DNA of 64,000 bases from Lama glama (lineage: Eukaryota), in contig CM052817.1 of assembly GCA_028534125.1 (NCBI GenBank), positions 30,630,001 to 30,694,000 on the forward strand, in the 5' to 3' direction. Of this stretch, positions 40,190-53,219 are shown one piece after another. The notes beneath the pieces were generated by a model. The model ran no database searches. It was given only the letters and a program-made list of their open reading frames with translations, and was not told where the DNA came from. The position numbers and the translations under genes are program-made. The number at the start of each line of letters is the position of its first letter. Positions within the stretch are counted from its first letter, which is position 1.

Positions 40190-41115
40190 CACTAGTCTAT
40201 CACCTCCTCTCCATGCTAAACGCTATTGACTTTAGTTCCTTTTGCTTGGGAATTGTAATAACCCTTCTTCATGTTTGTCATTTTCACTGTCTCTGGTTCC
40301 TCCTCTTGGGGTCTCTGCTTCACAGCATAGAGTAGATAGGTCCATAGATTCTGGGTTAAAATGCTCATTCCACCATTTATTAGCTATTTGATATTAAACT
40401 AATTACATTACCTTGATTTGTTCTCAGTGTCATCATCTATAAAATGAGAAGAATAATAATATCTTCCACATTTGGATGGCTATAAGGTTTAAATGAGATT
40501 ATCTATGTAATGTGCACAATAACTGGCAAACACCCTACACTGATAAATGTTAATCATTCTTATCATGATTATTCTACCAGAACATTTTTGAAAACCTAAA
40601 GCTGACCCCAACGATCCCTACGTGAAACTGTCAGTGATTTCCAGAAGCTTACATCTGTGTGGTGGAGTATGTCACTTTCCTTATAGTCTGGCCTCAGCTT
40701 CCCTGCACTCTCATCACCCTCCATCTCTACCTCCACCCCTTTTATATTCTGCTATCATTTCAGGGTTCAGCTGTCTAAGCAGACCATAGGCCTTTTGGTC
40801 TCATAGTTTGTCAACATCTCTATCAAGTCAATTGGCACATGTTGTTTTCTCTTCCTGGAACGTCCCTCCTTCCCTGCTCTGCAAAAAGCTCTCCTTTGGA
40901 AACCATATCTACCTCTCTCTGGTAGAATTAACAACACTCCTGTCACTATATCAACTATCTAGAGATATACTGAATTTACTTATATTTGTGTCTGTCTCCC
41001 CTATTAGTCTGTGAATCTCTCTAGGCCTAGAATCCTCTTTAAGTCATCTCTAAGTCCCAGAGCACCTAGAACATAGTAAAGATTTAGTATACACTATTTA
41101 ACAAATGAACAAACA
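40190..41115 (+). mobile_element. L2 fragment with a nested MIR (~40325-40560)
   Basis: MIR core TCTCAGTGTCATCATCTATAAAATGAGAAGAATAATA; L2 tail CACCTAGAACATAGTA...AAATGAAC. Confidence 0.55.
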
Positions 41116-42038
41116 AACGCCTAGCTGAGGGCCTCCCGCCTAACATGTGCTAAATGACATTTATCGAATTGCACTGACTGAATTTAATTTAATTCAAACA
41201 ACACTTGCTCCCACAGAACCCCGGTCTACTTGCAAACAGAGGTTAAAGCCTCTGGGTGTTTCAGGGTCCTGTTTGGGGTAACTAATACGAGCGAACACCC
41301 TGGCAATTAAGATAGAGGTTTTCCTTACTAGAACTTAGAAGAAAAGTTGCGGGGAATGACCCTAGAAAAAGGATTGCCTGCCCGAGATGCTGCCTCATCG
41401 CTTGCTTCCTTCATCTCTCTTGCCTGGAGAGACAGAAGAGAGGAAGAGAAAAAAAGTAGGGGAGCCCGGGGAGCGAGTGCAAAAGTTGATCCGCCCCTCT
41501 TCCTCCCCCTCCCACACAGAAGGACAACGCTAAGCCAGGTTGTCCTAAAACACCTCTCAAGGGGACCTGATTCTTGGAGTCCTCAAATACGTCCTGAGTT
41601 TCCTTCTTCTCCGACTCTCCCTCTCCACTCACTTCATTCCCCCGGTCCCCCCGCCCATCACACAAACACACAAACACACAAACACAGGCAACCAGAGAAC
41701 CGCCTCTCATCTAGACTCCCAGTTCTAAGACCACCGTGACTGTCAACAAAAGATACCAATCACAGGCAGCCTAAGCCAGATCCCTGGGAGTTGAGTTAAA
41801 AAAAAAATCAGGTTGAAGGCAGAAGGGAAATGCACATAGCAACCTCCAATGCACAAAGAAAGATCCGTATATACACATACACGTAGGATCACGAGCAAGG
41901 AAACAGCAGGATATCCTTTACTACACGGAGGACGCGGAGCACCACAAACAGGAACTTTAAAGGGATTGAAATCTGTTGCCTGTTCCACTAGGAATATTGT
42001 TTGCAAGGCACAAGGTGTCTTTTGGTAGTGAGCACCCT

Positions 42039-42052
42039 CTGCGCATGCGCAG
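42039..42052. promoter_or_regulatory. Perfect palindrome CTGCGCATGCGCAG, a canonical NRF1 site in the GABRB1 core promoter/initiator region
   Basis: Exact match to the NRF1 consensus TGCGCATGCGCA (42040-42051), about 90 nt upstream of the ATG. I recall NRF1 and an initiator element being described for the GABRB1 promoter. Confidence 0.85.
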
Positions 42053-42128
42053 GTCCATTCGGGAATTACTGCCCTGCCGCCGACTAAGTTGCATTCCTTG
42101 AATCTTCGCAGAAAAGACAATTCTTTAA

Positions 42129-42221
<93 letters not shown>

Positions 42222-42360
42222 TGAGCTGCCGTTGTTGAATGTCTCTTTTTTTCTTGGTGTTTTTCTTCTTACATGCTTGCTGGATCATGTAGCTCATTAT
42301 TTGGGGGGGTAGGTGTGCCTGTCTATTTTTATGTCTGCTCGCAGTTTGTGCTCATTCTGA

Positions 42361-42516
<156 letters not shown>

Positions 42517-42544
42517 TAGTTCTTTCCTGTCAAAGATAAATGTC

Positions 42545-42576
42545 AAAAAAAAAAGAAGAAGAAGAAGAAGAAGAAG
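42545..42576 (+). repeat. A10 followed by (GAA)7 in GABRB1 intron 2
   Basis: Directly read: A run 42545-42554, GAA units 42555-42575. Confidence 0.95.
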
Positions 42577-42618
42577 CATATCATTTTCGTAAGCTTGCAC
42601 TACGCCCTAAGCTCTGGC

Positions 42619-42657
42619 CACACATACACACGCGCGCGCGCGCGCGCGCACGCACGC
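42619..42657. repeat. Alternating purine-pyrimidine tract with a (CG)9 core (42631-42648)
   Basis: CACACATACACA(CG)9CACGCACGC. Confidence 0.95.
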
Positions 42658-42912
42658 CGGACCCCTAGTCGCAGGTGGACGAAACCCCAGGCAGAGCTGA
42701 CCTTCCCCCGGCCCGACACACCCTTTGCATAGTCACTGCATCACGCGTGTGCCCACACCTGTTTTCCCAGGCTGTCCCCTGCAAGGGGTTGGAAGGGTGG
42801 GGGTGGCGGGAGCCCATTCGGAATGTACTAAGCGCAGGGAAGCCCCCTGTCCCCTCCCCAGCTTGTCACCACTCTGAGATTATGTCCATAATGTGTTCCA
42901 CCTCCCCGGCAG

Positions 42913-42980
42913 GGCCCCCTGTGGACGTCGGGATGAGGATCGATGTCGCCAGCATAGACATGGTCTCCGAAGTGAATATG
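42913..42980 (+). CDS. GABRB1: GABRB1 exon 3 (68 nt; (G)PPVDVGMRIDVASIDMVSEVNM). Intron 3 extends past the window end.
   Basis: Acceptor ggcAG|GG and donor ATG|GTGAGT; translation matches beta-1. No exon-4-like coding sequence was recognised in 42981-64000. Confidence 0.97.
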
Positions 42981-45900
42981 GTGAGTGGCCTCCCGACTGG
43001 CCCCGCAGCCGGGCTTACGCAGATGCGAAACGGACGGGTCCCCGTGCCCTCTGCGTTTCATTGGCGGTCACCTCGCCCCGGCCCCGGGAGTCCCACTCCG
43101 CGCGCGTTCCCCACTCTGGCACATACACCCTGCTGCCCTGGTTTGTATTTTCGACACACACACGGGCTACTGCGGTGTTCCGGAGAAAACGTGCTCCGCA
43201 CTATTTGGGGAAGGACGGGTGCCTGGCGCCGGCGGAGCGGGTGGGGCGGAGTCAGCGTTACTTTCGCAGGGTTTCCTTTCGTGTTGCGACGCGCAGGGCA
43301 CCATCTGCCGGCGGCTGGGCGGCCTGCACTTGGAGGGTCCCCCGGCCGTGGTCCATTGCCGCCTCCTCGCCAGGCGCGGTCCCCGCAGCCCGACCCAGGG
43401 CCTGCCACCTAGCACCCAAGCACACGGTGTCCCCTCCCTCCTTCCAGGCTCTCGCACAGCGAGTGGCAGGAGCAACAGGCTGAGACAACAGCCCATTCCT
43501 GCCAGCTAATGCGAAAGAGCTCAAGCCAGCTTCTGGGGAGAGGCTTGTATTGTTCCCACGTCGGGGGTGGTGAATTTGTCTCGCCGCATCTTGCGAATTG
43601 AAGTTGAAACGGAATGGGTCGAGTTTATTGCTTTGCTTTGCCTTAGAAACCTAAGCATGTGGAAAAAAACCTAATGATCAAAGAGACCGTGGAAAGAGGG
43701 ATTGGGGGGATGCGATATAACATAGCGCAATTCTTTCCTTTCAGAGTTAGTATTCTTTATTTCATTTTTTCCTCCTCCCTTTCCGAAGCTCTTGCAAAAT
43801 GGATTGAAACCATAGCTGTCACTTTCTCTATTGGCTGTTTCCAACCACCGTGGGGTAGCAGTTTTCTAGTTGTTAGAGTTTCTAACTGTTGCTTCTTGTA
43901 AGGCAGGGGGAAAAGCCTGTTGCTTTTCTAGAATCAACCACCCAGGAAACAGCTAGATCTGCGTGAGCAAAATGCCATTTTTATTCCACTTCCGAAAAAA
44001 AGATATTGTGGCAGCAGAAATTTAGACAGCCTGAATAATTTAAAGACTAAAGCCTTTTGGGATTTTATCATTCCATAGCTGTAGAGGCTTTTGAATTGTC
44101 ATTTCGTTTCATTACTAGTCTGTCATTTTATTTTAACATGCTAAGGTTTAAGAACGTTTCTTCTTTTCAGGGAATGTCAGGGAAGAGATACATATATTTA
44201 AAATTTATTGAGTGGGATTAGAATAAAAAGTGTGACGATTAAATTTCTGTATTTGATAGTTATACCTTCTGCTTTAAATAGCTTATTTTAAATACGATTT
44301 TAAATTTATACCTCTGATGGTGGTATTAGAAAACAATTTTGAAATATTACTGTATAATGAATATTTTCTGACTTGGAGAAGATTTTTAATAGACTCACTT
44401 ATTTATAATATTCTGTTCATATACATGTCACTACCACAAAGCAACCCAAGATGCACTATTTATAAACACTGGGGAATGTTATATGCACATATACAAAGTT
44501 TACCCAGTCCATGCCATTGCGACTGGATAAATCAGAGGAGGAATTAGTTTAACAAGTTATTTGTATTATGTAGATAAATGATGATGGTATTTTCATTTTC
44601 AGTCATTTATTTTGGCACAGTGTTAAGTACCCACATAGATAATTTATAAAATAGGAGAAGATTCAGATAGCTCAAAAGGCAGTGGTCTGCTTTTCAGTGC
44701 TTTTCAGAATTTTTAAAATGTGTAATTCTGCTCACTATATACAAACAACTTTTCAGTTTAAAAACAAAAACAAAACAAAACTGAATCGAACAGGGAAGTT
44801 GCTGTTTACCAAAACAACCACCACAACAAAAAAGCTCTGTATAACCAGTTGTTCAACTGAATTCATACAGAAGCTCAGAAAAACAAATTGAATTTAATTG
44901 CTGTGCCACTGGAAATAGCTGTTAAAGATAGAGTAATACAATCTGCTTACTGCACCAAGTGTATATATGTACCTGATGTTTTAAAATAGTCATTCAACAG
45001 ATAAACTTTTAAAAAATGCATTCTATTAAATTACTCATTACCTTTCTACAATGGTGTTAGAGACATAATGGGAAAATAGAAACCACTGAACATTGAAAGG
45101 TAATAAACCTTGGTTTGTTTATTCTTCCTTGTTTCTCTTTTCAGTGAAAGCTACCAACAAAACGTAAGGTTTATTTTTCCTTCTGTGATCTATGATAAAG
45201 CATTGAAATGCATAAATTGGAAATAACTCCAAAAAAATGGAAACAAAGACGAATTTTAGGATTAAAGGTTGTATATAAACACAATCTGGATAATTAGCCC
45301 TGGTTAGAAGCATTGTCTACAATATACTTTGATTTTTTTAGATAATACAAGTAGGGTTGAAATGTCAATGGGAAATAAGACTTATTGCTTTAGTACTAAG
45401 CATTTTTTTCAGAACCCCAAAAGGCAGTAACTTCTAAGGTTATTTAATAGGAAATTTTCAACAAACTTAACAACAAATATGAATGAACATTGAATATAGT
45501 AAAAATAATTTTAAATAAAATCCAGATTAAAATCCTTTACCTAAAACATTGCTCATTTTTATGTATTTATTCATTACCGTTATTACACACCCATTTCCAT
45601 TGCTGGGAAAATGACATACTTGTACATTATATTAATGGGTTTGAAAACTAGGTTTGTTAATTTTTGCTCTTTTCCTACACTATGCTAAATGAAATATAAT
45701 TCCAGACTGGTTTCTAACATTGCCTATTTTAAAGACTAACATCACATGAAGAGTATTTTCTGATTCATGTTCTTCAGGATTTAAAATGTTTTTCACAAAT
45801 TTAAAAGAGAGAGAGAAAGAGAACTTTTGTAGTCAAAAACCTCTGCAACTATGACTTATTAGTTCTGAGCAGTGAATGCAAAACCTCTGAAGAATAATTC

Positions 45901-46082
45901 TGATGCAGGAAAGAAGCTATACTTGGGAACAAGACTTTTCTTTCAAGCAATAGTATTGATTAAATTTGGGAGAATTTTTCTTCTGGTCTCATGGGATGTA
46001 TTGTGCCTGGGATAGCGACTGCATTCTGTTATTTTCTAAAGAGTCATCTTAACTACTTTCCTGTGATTTCTATGTATTTTAT

Positions 46083-46375
46083 TTATTTTTTGAGTTTATT
46101 TTTTATTGAAGTATAGTCGATTTGCAATGCTGTGCCAATTTTTGCTGTATAGCATAGTGATTTGGATAAAATATATATATCCCATTTCATATTTTTTATT
46201 ATAAGCTATTATAAAGTATTGAATATAGCTCCCTGTGCTATACAGTAGGACCTTGTTGTTTATCTATTTTATATATAGTAGTTAGTATCTGCAAATCCCA
46301 AACTCCCAATTTATCCGTCCCCATCCCCTTTCCCCCTCAGTAACCATAAGTTTGTTTCCTATGTCTGCGAGTCTG
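46083..46375 (-). mobile_element. L1 3' UTR fragment, same family as 30000-30375, antisense
   Basis: TTTTATTGAAGTATAGTC...TATTGAATATAGCTCCCTGTGCTATACAGTAGGACCTTGTTGTTTATCTATTTT...GTAACCATAAGTTTGTTT. Confidence 0.85.
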
Positions 46376-46438
46376 TGAGTCATATATTTCAAATTAAATC
46401 CTTCAGACTTTTCTTTTAGCAATTTCTGCTATGTATAC

Positions 46439-46439
<1 letters not shown>

Positions 46440-46472
<33 letters not shown>

Positions 46473-46484
46473 CACACATATACA
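46440..46484. repeat. (CA)n microsatellite
   Basis: AC run with an interrupted tail. Confidence 0.9.
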
Positions 46485-47149
46485 CAAACAAGGTTGACTG
46501 AAAGCAACAGGAGGCAATTGGAGCAAAAGGGGACAATAGTCCCCAGAAATTGCCTTTAAGGAACCACTAACATCTGCTAATACAAGCCCAATAAAACATA
46601 GATAATAGTAAGCAAGTCTTCTCTTAGAGTAGTAGATTGGGGAAGCAAGATATTAACTACTTGCAAATAAAAGGTTGCACTCTGGTATTTCAGATTCCAA
46701 TGACTAGATGTTGCTTCTTACTAAAGAGGCAGCTCTCCATCAGCAAGGAGGAGTTCCAACCACAGAGCTCTATTGTTCCTGATCTAAAGACGTGCTGGTC
46801 TGAGTGGCCACCCTCAGAAACTCAGTCCTAACTCAAAGACTCAACCCAGGCTGTTCCCAGTAATGGATGGCTGTCATGTATCCATTATTTCCTTCCTTTG
46901 TGCATGTGTGGATACACTCTTACAGGCATTACAATTAACAACAAAACAACGCCCCCCCCATAAAAAACTAAAATGAGACCATTTTCTAAATAATGCCTTA
47001 AAAAACATACCTAATTTTACCAAATATCCACTATTGCTGTACTTTCAATATTTGATTCCAGAGGGTTTTGTATACCCTTCAACTGTGTCTAATTACTATC
47101 ACAAAACAGTAACCAGCTCTGAGAAATCTCCCTCCTCCATTTCTCTAAG

Positions 47150-47315
47150 TCAGTGTTTCTCATTCTTTAGTGTGTGCCTGAACCACTCCGGGATCTCAAA
47201 ATGTTAAAACGCAGTGTCTGATTCAGAGGTCTGGGATGGGGTCTAACATTCTACATTTCTAACAACTCTCAGGTGACGCTGACAGCTGGTATGTGGACAG
47301 CATTTTGAAAAGCAA
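47150..47315. mobile_element. MER5A-like DNA transposon remnant
   Basis: CAGTGTTTCTCA...TCTGATTCAG.GGTCTGGGATGGGG...CATTTCTAACAA.CTC.CAGGTGA.GCTGA. Confidence 0.75.
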
Positions 47316-48149
47316 GATAGAGGTACATTATTCTAAGATCTGGAGCTAATAGAAAATGGACTTTTTTTTTTCTCTTAAATTTCTCTAAGAATGGTATTTT
47401 TCCAGGGTTTCAAATTAAGTTTCAAGTTAGTTTCCAGGTAGTTCAAAAGGTAGCTATGCTCAAAAGAGAAAAAGAGTGTAGTTATTGATGACAAGCAGCA
47501 GGACAAAGACAGGAGCCTGGACGATAGGGCTTGACTTAGACTAACAAGCAGTCCTCCTAAGCGTGTCGATACTCGTGAGTCAGCCACCCTTAACTGATGG
47601 CTGTGCACATGTCGCCAAGCACAGTGACTTCGACAACACTGTCCTGCTGCTTTGCAGAACACCAATGACTTTTCTTCTTCACAATGAGAACACTGCACAC
47701 TCGGTTTCCCCCCACTAGGAGCTTGCAGCAGCTTTGTAAAATAGCCTAAACACATTCTTGCTGCCTTCAGTATAAAATGATGGCAGCAAATTCTCTGAGG
47801 TTATAACAGAATTCCTTTGCAAATAGGGCAGATAGGTCAGTACCATTTAAAGGCATGAACAGATATCAGCGGTTAAAGATAAAAATACGTTTTTCTCTTA
47901 TATGAGTAATCAACCAGGTCTCACTTTCGGGTGCTGGGTTACAATGTTATACTGTCTGGAGAAGCTACGAGAGGAAAACTTTCCCTTTGCCTTTCAGTTT
48001 GGAGATAACAGAAAGACATTTTTATACTCTAAGCTGCATCGTAGCAAGCCTATCCAGATTTTTAAAGTTTCAGGTCACATTTGAAGACCTGTGTTCTTAG
48101 AATTACAAGTCCAGACTATGTAATAAAGTGTGTAACACAATGAAAATAA

Positions 48150-48530
48150 ATAGTGACATTTATTGAGCACATCCTATATATGAAGTATGACCATCAAACA
48201 CTATGTTGGCTGATCTAAAGCTTCTCAATTATCATCTCCTGTTACAGATGGAGAAACTGAGGTTGAGAGAGACATAAGTTGTAAGAGATTAAAAAACTTA
48301 TTTAGAATTTATGGATCTAGTGAATGGCACAACCAGGATTTGAATATAGGTAGCCTGATTCCTGAGTCTGGCTCCTGTCTGAGAGACAAGTGAAAAAACA
48401 TTCCTCGTATTTAGATTTGGGAACTTGAGTGAGTCACTTAACTTCTCCAGGCTTCAGGTTTCCTCTTGTAAAATGAAGGTAAATGACATGATTGCTAAAT
48501 CTCTTTCCAGTTCAAATATTCTACCATAGA
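48150..48530. mobile_element. Two adjacent MIR-family SINEs in opposite orientations
   Basis: TTACAGATGGAGAAACTGAGG (antisense MIR core) and GTCACTTAACTTCTC...TTTCCTCTTGTAAAATG (sense, MIR3-like end). Confidence 0.65.
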
Positions 48531-49974
48531 AACTATTCAAGTTTTTAGACTCTTTAATATCAAGTCTTCCTCTCCAAATCATTTTCCTGTTAGAGTCTGC
48601 CTTATCCCATTTTATTCTCCGGTTAGATATGTTTATCAACAAGCATTGATTGAATTCCCAGTGTGTGCAAACTCTGGTAGTCTCCTGGGACCACTGGAGT
48701 AATGATTGTGGGGCCTCCTGAATGATTATTTTAATTGATCTAGGCAATATCATCCATTTTTTCCCTAGTTAAGCACATTCCCAAAGACAGCAACAAGAAA
48801 TGCTGAATCAATGGTCTTCAGAATGAGACTTAACTGATGCCTGGTTTATATTATATTGAGAGTTGGAGGCAAGGCCAAATTGGAAATATCTCCATCTGAT
48901 GTTGTCCATTGTATTCAAACTGGGATCATTGGTCAACTGTTGCAATAGTTTGCAACTATCACAAACTAATGAATGTTTCAACACTTAATGTGAAACAAAA
49001 GGAAACCTGTATTTTCCAAAATCTGAGTATCCCAAAGGATTTACCCAACCCATGTAAAATCAGGTGGTTTGGGAGCAAGGGGCAAAGCCAAGGTGTTCAT
49101 TTCAGTTTAACATCACCTAGTATCAACTCTGTAAATGTTTGGTGCTTTTTGTTCTGACAGACCCCCCAAAGTCTTAATGGCACCCTCAAGGCACACATGA
49201 ATGAAATCTTGTATTATCAGGGAAGGTACAACATTTCATAAGAAAAATAAATGGTATTAAATGTTTTCAAGTGATTTGAGTTTCAGTAACACAAGTGACA
49301 TATACCTGCTTGAGGATAGTAGGAAGATGAATGCAATATGCTTGCAGTTGATTAAGTGTTTCCCTCACGAACTTTTTCAGAGCAATGAATCCTACTTTTT
49401 GTAATACCAGGGTTGAGTTTCTGCATTTTAGAATATTTCTGTTTTCAGAAGATGATGCATTTCATGAAGTCTCTTGACTGCTGGTTGCTGAAGGAAGTTA
49501 TAATCAGTAGCATATAAAGCATCTATTATTCAGCACTTGACAGAAATGCTCAAGAAAGGGTTTACAACTAATTGCTATCAATGGTGACAACTTAGAAGGA
49601 AAAAGACTGGTCACAAAAAAAGAGTGAAAGATATATGGGCTTTCTTTAGTGAGCCCAATATCCCCTTCCTAGAATCCTCATAGTCCTCATTGCTTTTCTG
49701 CTAATAGTTTTTTCTGCTACCCCTCCATTAAGTGCCTAATGTATTTTCCCTCTTGCAAGCCCAATAAAATCCGTCATCATATTGTATACTTAAGATTAAA
49801 GGACATTTTTCCAAGAGCATTCCTTCAGCCACTCTAGGGGGTAAAACAGATACCGTCTCTGTCCTTATGGAGTTTATAGTCTTAAAAAAAAATTTAAAAT
49901 CTCTCTTCTTGAAGTAAAGATTTTTTTCCTTTTGGAAGATTTTGAAACACCCATTGTTGGCTTGATCCTGGAGT

Positions 49975-50509
49975 ATTTTGGTTCAACACATACTTACTGA
50001 ATATTTAGCCTTTTATGATGGCCTGAACTGCACACTAAGGATGGAAAAATGACTGACGCGTTCTATACATTCAAATATTTCACAATGTAGAGGAGAATGC
50101 ATAAACAAACAGCTATTTTTAAACAATGTGATCGGTGCTGTGATAGAAACTTGCATGTCCAGCATCCTACAGGAGCTCAGAGGAGTAGTTTCTAAGGCAA
50201 GGTGAAAGTTTAATGCTTGAGGCGAATCCTAGAGGAATGCTAGTTAGTACCATGTGTAGGCTGCAGATGAGAAAAAGAACCTTTCAAGCAACAGAAAGGG
50301 CATAAGCATTGGGAAGTGTGCCTGAAAACAGCATGGAGTGTTCTGGGAACTACAGATCATTCACAATTGTGAGGACTTAAAGGGCACAGGGAAGCTGGTC
50401 AAGAAATAAGACAGAATGCTAAAAGCAAGATGTAGGGCAGTGTTATTGAATGTTCTCACTTGTGTAAAAGAAGCTTCTCTCTCTCTCTTTCTCTCTCTCT
50501 ATATATATA

Positions 50510-50542
<33 letters not shown>

Positions 50543-51370
50543 CTCACTTCTGGAAGCACACACAAGAAGTGAGTAACAGTGTAACAGTGCCTGTCTCTTG
50601 GAAGTGGTACCAGGACTAGGAGTATGACTTGGAGGGTTACTTACTGTTCTTTACATGCCCCTTTGAATTGTTTGATTTTTAAAAATCTTATCCATGTTTT
50701 CCATTTTCACTTTAAAAAGACACACACACTCGCTCACAGACACACATAGAGAGACAGAAACAGAGACAGAAATCAGTGATGCTGGAATGTGTATGTTGAG
50801 AAAATGAATCCTAATCCTGAAACACAGAACACCTGCTACAGGGTTTAACAAGAGCTATGTTTTGCATTTCAGATACATCATTTTGGTAGCTATGTCGAGG
50901 ATGAAGTAGAAAAGGCTAAAGCTGGGGCTACCGTTCCTAGTTAAGAAGCATTAGAGGGTATTTCAAAGTTCAATTGAGAGGTGATAAATGCCTGAAGCAT
51001 GGTATGAAAAGGAATGAAAAAAGATATTCAAACAGAGGAAAATCAGAGGGATTTTGTGGTTAGAAGTTGGAATTTGAGAGGCAGTGATCATAGGATGCCC
51101 TATGGTGTTCCACCATCTGCCCAGGGAGGGAAACAGGAAAAGAAGACCAACCATCCTGTTCACCACTGAAATAGATATGCTTTCTGAATTAAAAAAATAA
51201 AAACTGTTGGAGAATACTGTCATCAGGTACTTGTGGGAACACTGAAGTAAAATATGGAGGTTGGAACGATCCTGGAAAAAATTAGTGCCTTGGCGATCCT
51301 TCTAGTTCTGTTCACAAATAAGGCAGTTTCTACAGGGAGAAATCCTGGGCCCATAAATGTGGTGGCTGAA
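49975..51370 (-). mobile_element. L2 fragments (antisense) interrupted by a microsatellite-containing insert (~50430-50770)
   Basis: TTCAACACATACTTACTGAA start and purine-rich L2 body; CT/TA/CA repeat at 50476-50541. Confidence 0.5.
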
Positions 51371-53219
51371 ATGAGCTGGTTAGAGATTTGGAGAAAGGGT
51401 GCTGGCCAAAGACAGAGAATGGAGTTCAGTCAACTGTAATCTGCAGCAATGTTGTTCTTTGTCTAGGAGGACCTAGACCCTGATAAGATTTAGAACCTAC
51501 TTTTCAAATTCTCCAGGACAAGGGATCTTTGTAACTCTGTTTCAGTTGCTTTTATAAAACCACATAAGTGGGGAAAAAAAGGATGTGTGCGGAACCCACT
51601 TACACAGCATCTGCTCTCTTCTCCATCGCGGCCCGAAAATGATTCAGAGTCCTTCTGGAACATCGTGTTTTCCATGTGAAATCACATGACAGCAGCATGA
51701 GTTCTTGTAGCAAGTGTGTTAGGTAGCTGTTAGCAATCAGCTACTCCATCCTGACCTCCAGCGGAAAATAGTATGAGATAAGGTCCTTCAGATACAACAG
51801 AAAAGTTAGAGGCCAGACACCTTTTTCCTGATGCTGAATGGATTAATCAGGGAGGTTGCTAGGAGTGAATCCTGTTTGAATGAGAGGGTTTTTTTTTGGA
51901 TTCTTCCTGAAGGCGGGGGAATAGATTTGTTGAAAGTTCAGGGTCCCTGCCTACTCTAACCCTTGTGACTCATAGGGAGGTTTTTTCTTCTGATCTATTA
52001 TTTTCGAGAGAATGATATACAATTCTCTAGTCAAGAGAAACAGCTTTGTGGTTTCCATAGAGACGGTTCAGTGACATTTATTTGAAATCCTACCTGTGCC
52101 TAGAACATTCTCTCATGTCGGAGGCCATCATTTCTCCCTCCCACCTCCTGTAATCCCTCTCCCACTCAGATGCATCTAGATCTACTTCAAAACCCACAGA
52201 ACTTTCTGTAGCCACACTGAAGAGAAATCTGCTGGAGGAATAATGCATAAGGCATATAAACAAATCAAGACTCTGAAAAAACAAAAGACCCAATATAACA
52301 CAATGATCTTTCATTCCTATAAGGTTTCTATTAACCTTGTCTTCCACCCCCTCCCCCACCCCCCAGCACTATGTAAGCTCCAGGAAGTTTAGGATTATAT
52401 TCTTCAAGCCTTCTGTGTAGCTCCTAGCATATTATAAGGGCTTAATAACATTTATTAGGATTATAAAAGAATTTTTCTAGCCATAAAAAGGTGTTAGTAA
52501 TAATGGCATTTAAATTTTTTAATTCAGAAATTAATAGTTTCTTGGTTGGGTCTACCTTATACCATCAAATGTAATTTTCTTTCATGTTGATCATGAATCA
52601 TGAGCTGTTTCCATAGAAACAGCTCTATCACATGACACAGCCAGTTTCACAGACACAAAACCCCTTCATGACAAATATCAACGTGCATATGTTTATGTAT
52701 ATATATGCATATTTTGTATATATAACTCTTCATCTTTAAAAATTACTGAATTCTTTTAATTTTCAAAATGTCCTCTGTATGTTGGTACCTGGACTATCAT
52801 TATTTCTAGAAACATTTAAAAAATTACCAGAGAATAACTTAATTGATTGATGACTATAAAGTGAATGACATTTAAAAATAAGGAGAGTCAAACATAAAAG
52901 GCATATGAAAGTGGTTCCTCAGTCATCAGCAGTGGTTGAAGTAAAGTAGATTTTTAAAAGATAACCTAGAAACTTTATCAAATTTGAAAATATAAAGGAA
53001 ACAATACGTCTAATCCAGAAATATATATATTATCTATGTATATGATGTCTTTTTATATCTGTCTACATCTATCTACCTAGTTATTTTGCTGTAATTGTAT
53101 CCTTACTACTGTGTGGTATGTTTACTTGCAAACGTCAACTTTTGTCTGAAACCTCCACATCCACGCAGTAATCTGTCATAACCAGTAAATGTGTTAAATC
53201 AACTACCACATTAAATGGA

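Larger units (their letters stand above)
42600..43600. promoter_or_regulatory. CpG island over GABRB1 intron 2 / exon 3 / start of intron 3
   Basis: High GC and CpG density relative to the flanks; edges approximate. Confidence 0.8.

Noticed and set aside
42675..43412. 245-aa ORF containing GPPVDVGMRIDVASIDMVSEVNM
   Set aside because: Only 42913-42980 is real exon 3. The flanks are CpG-island intron read-through across canonical splice sites.
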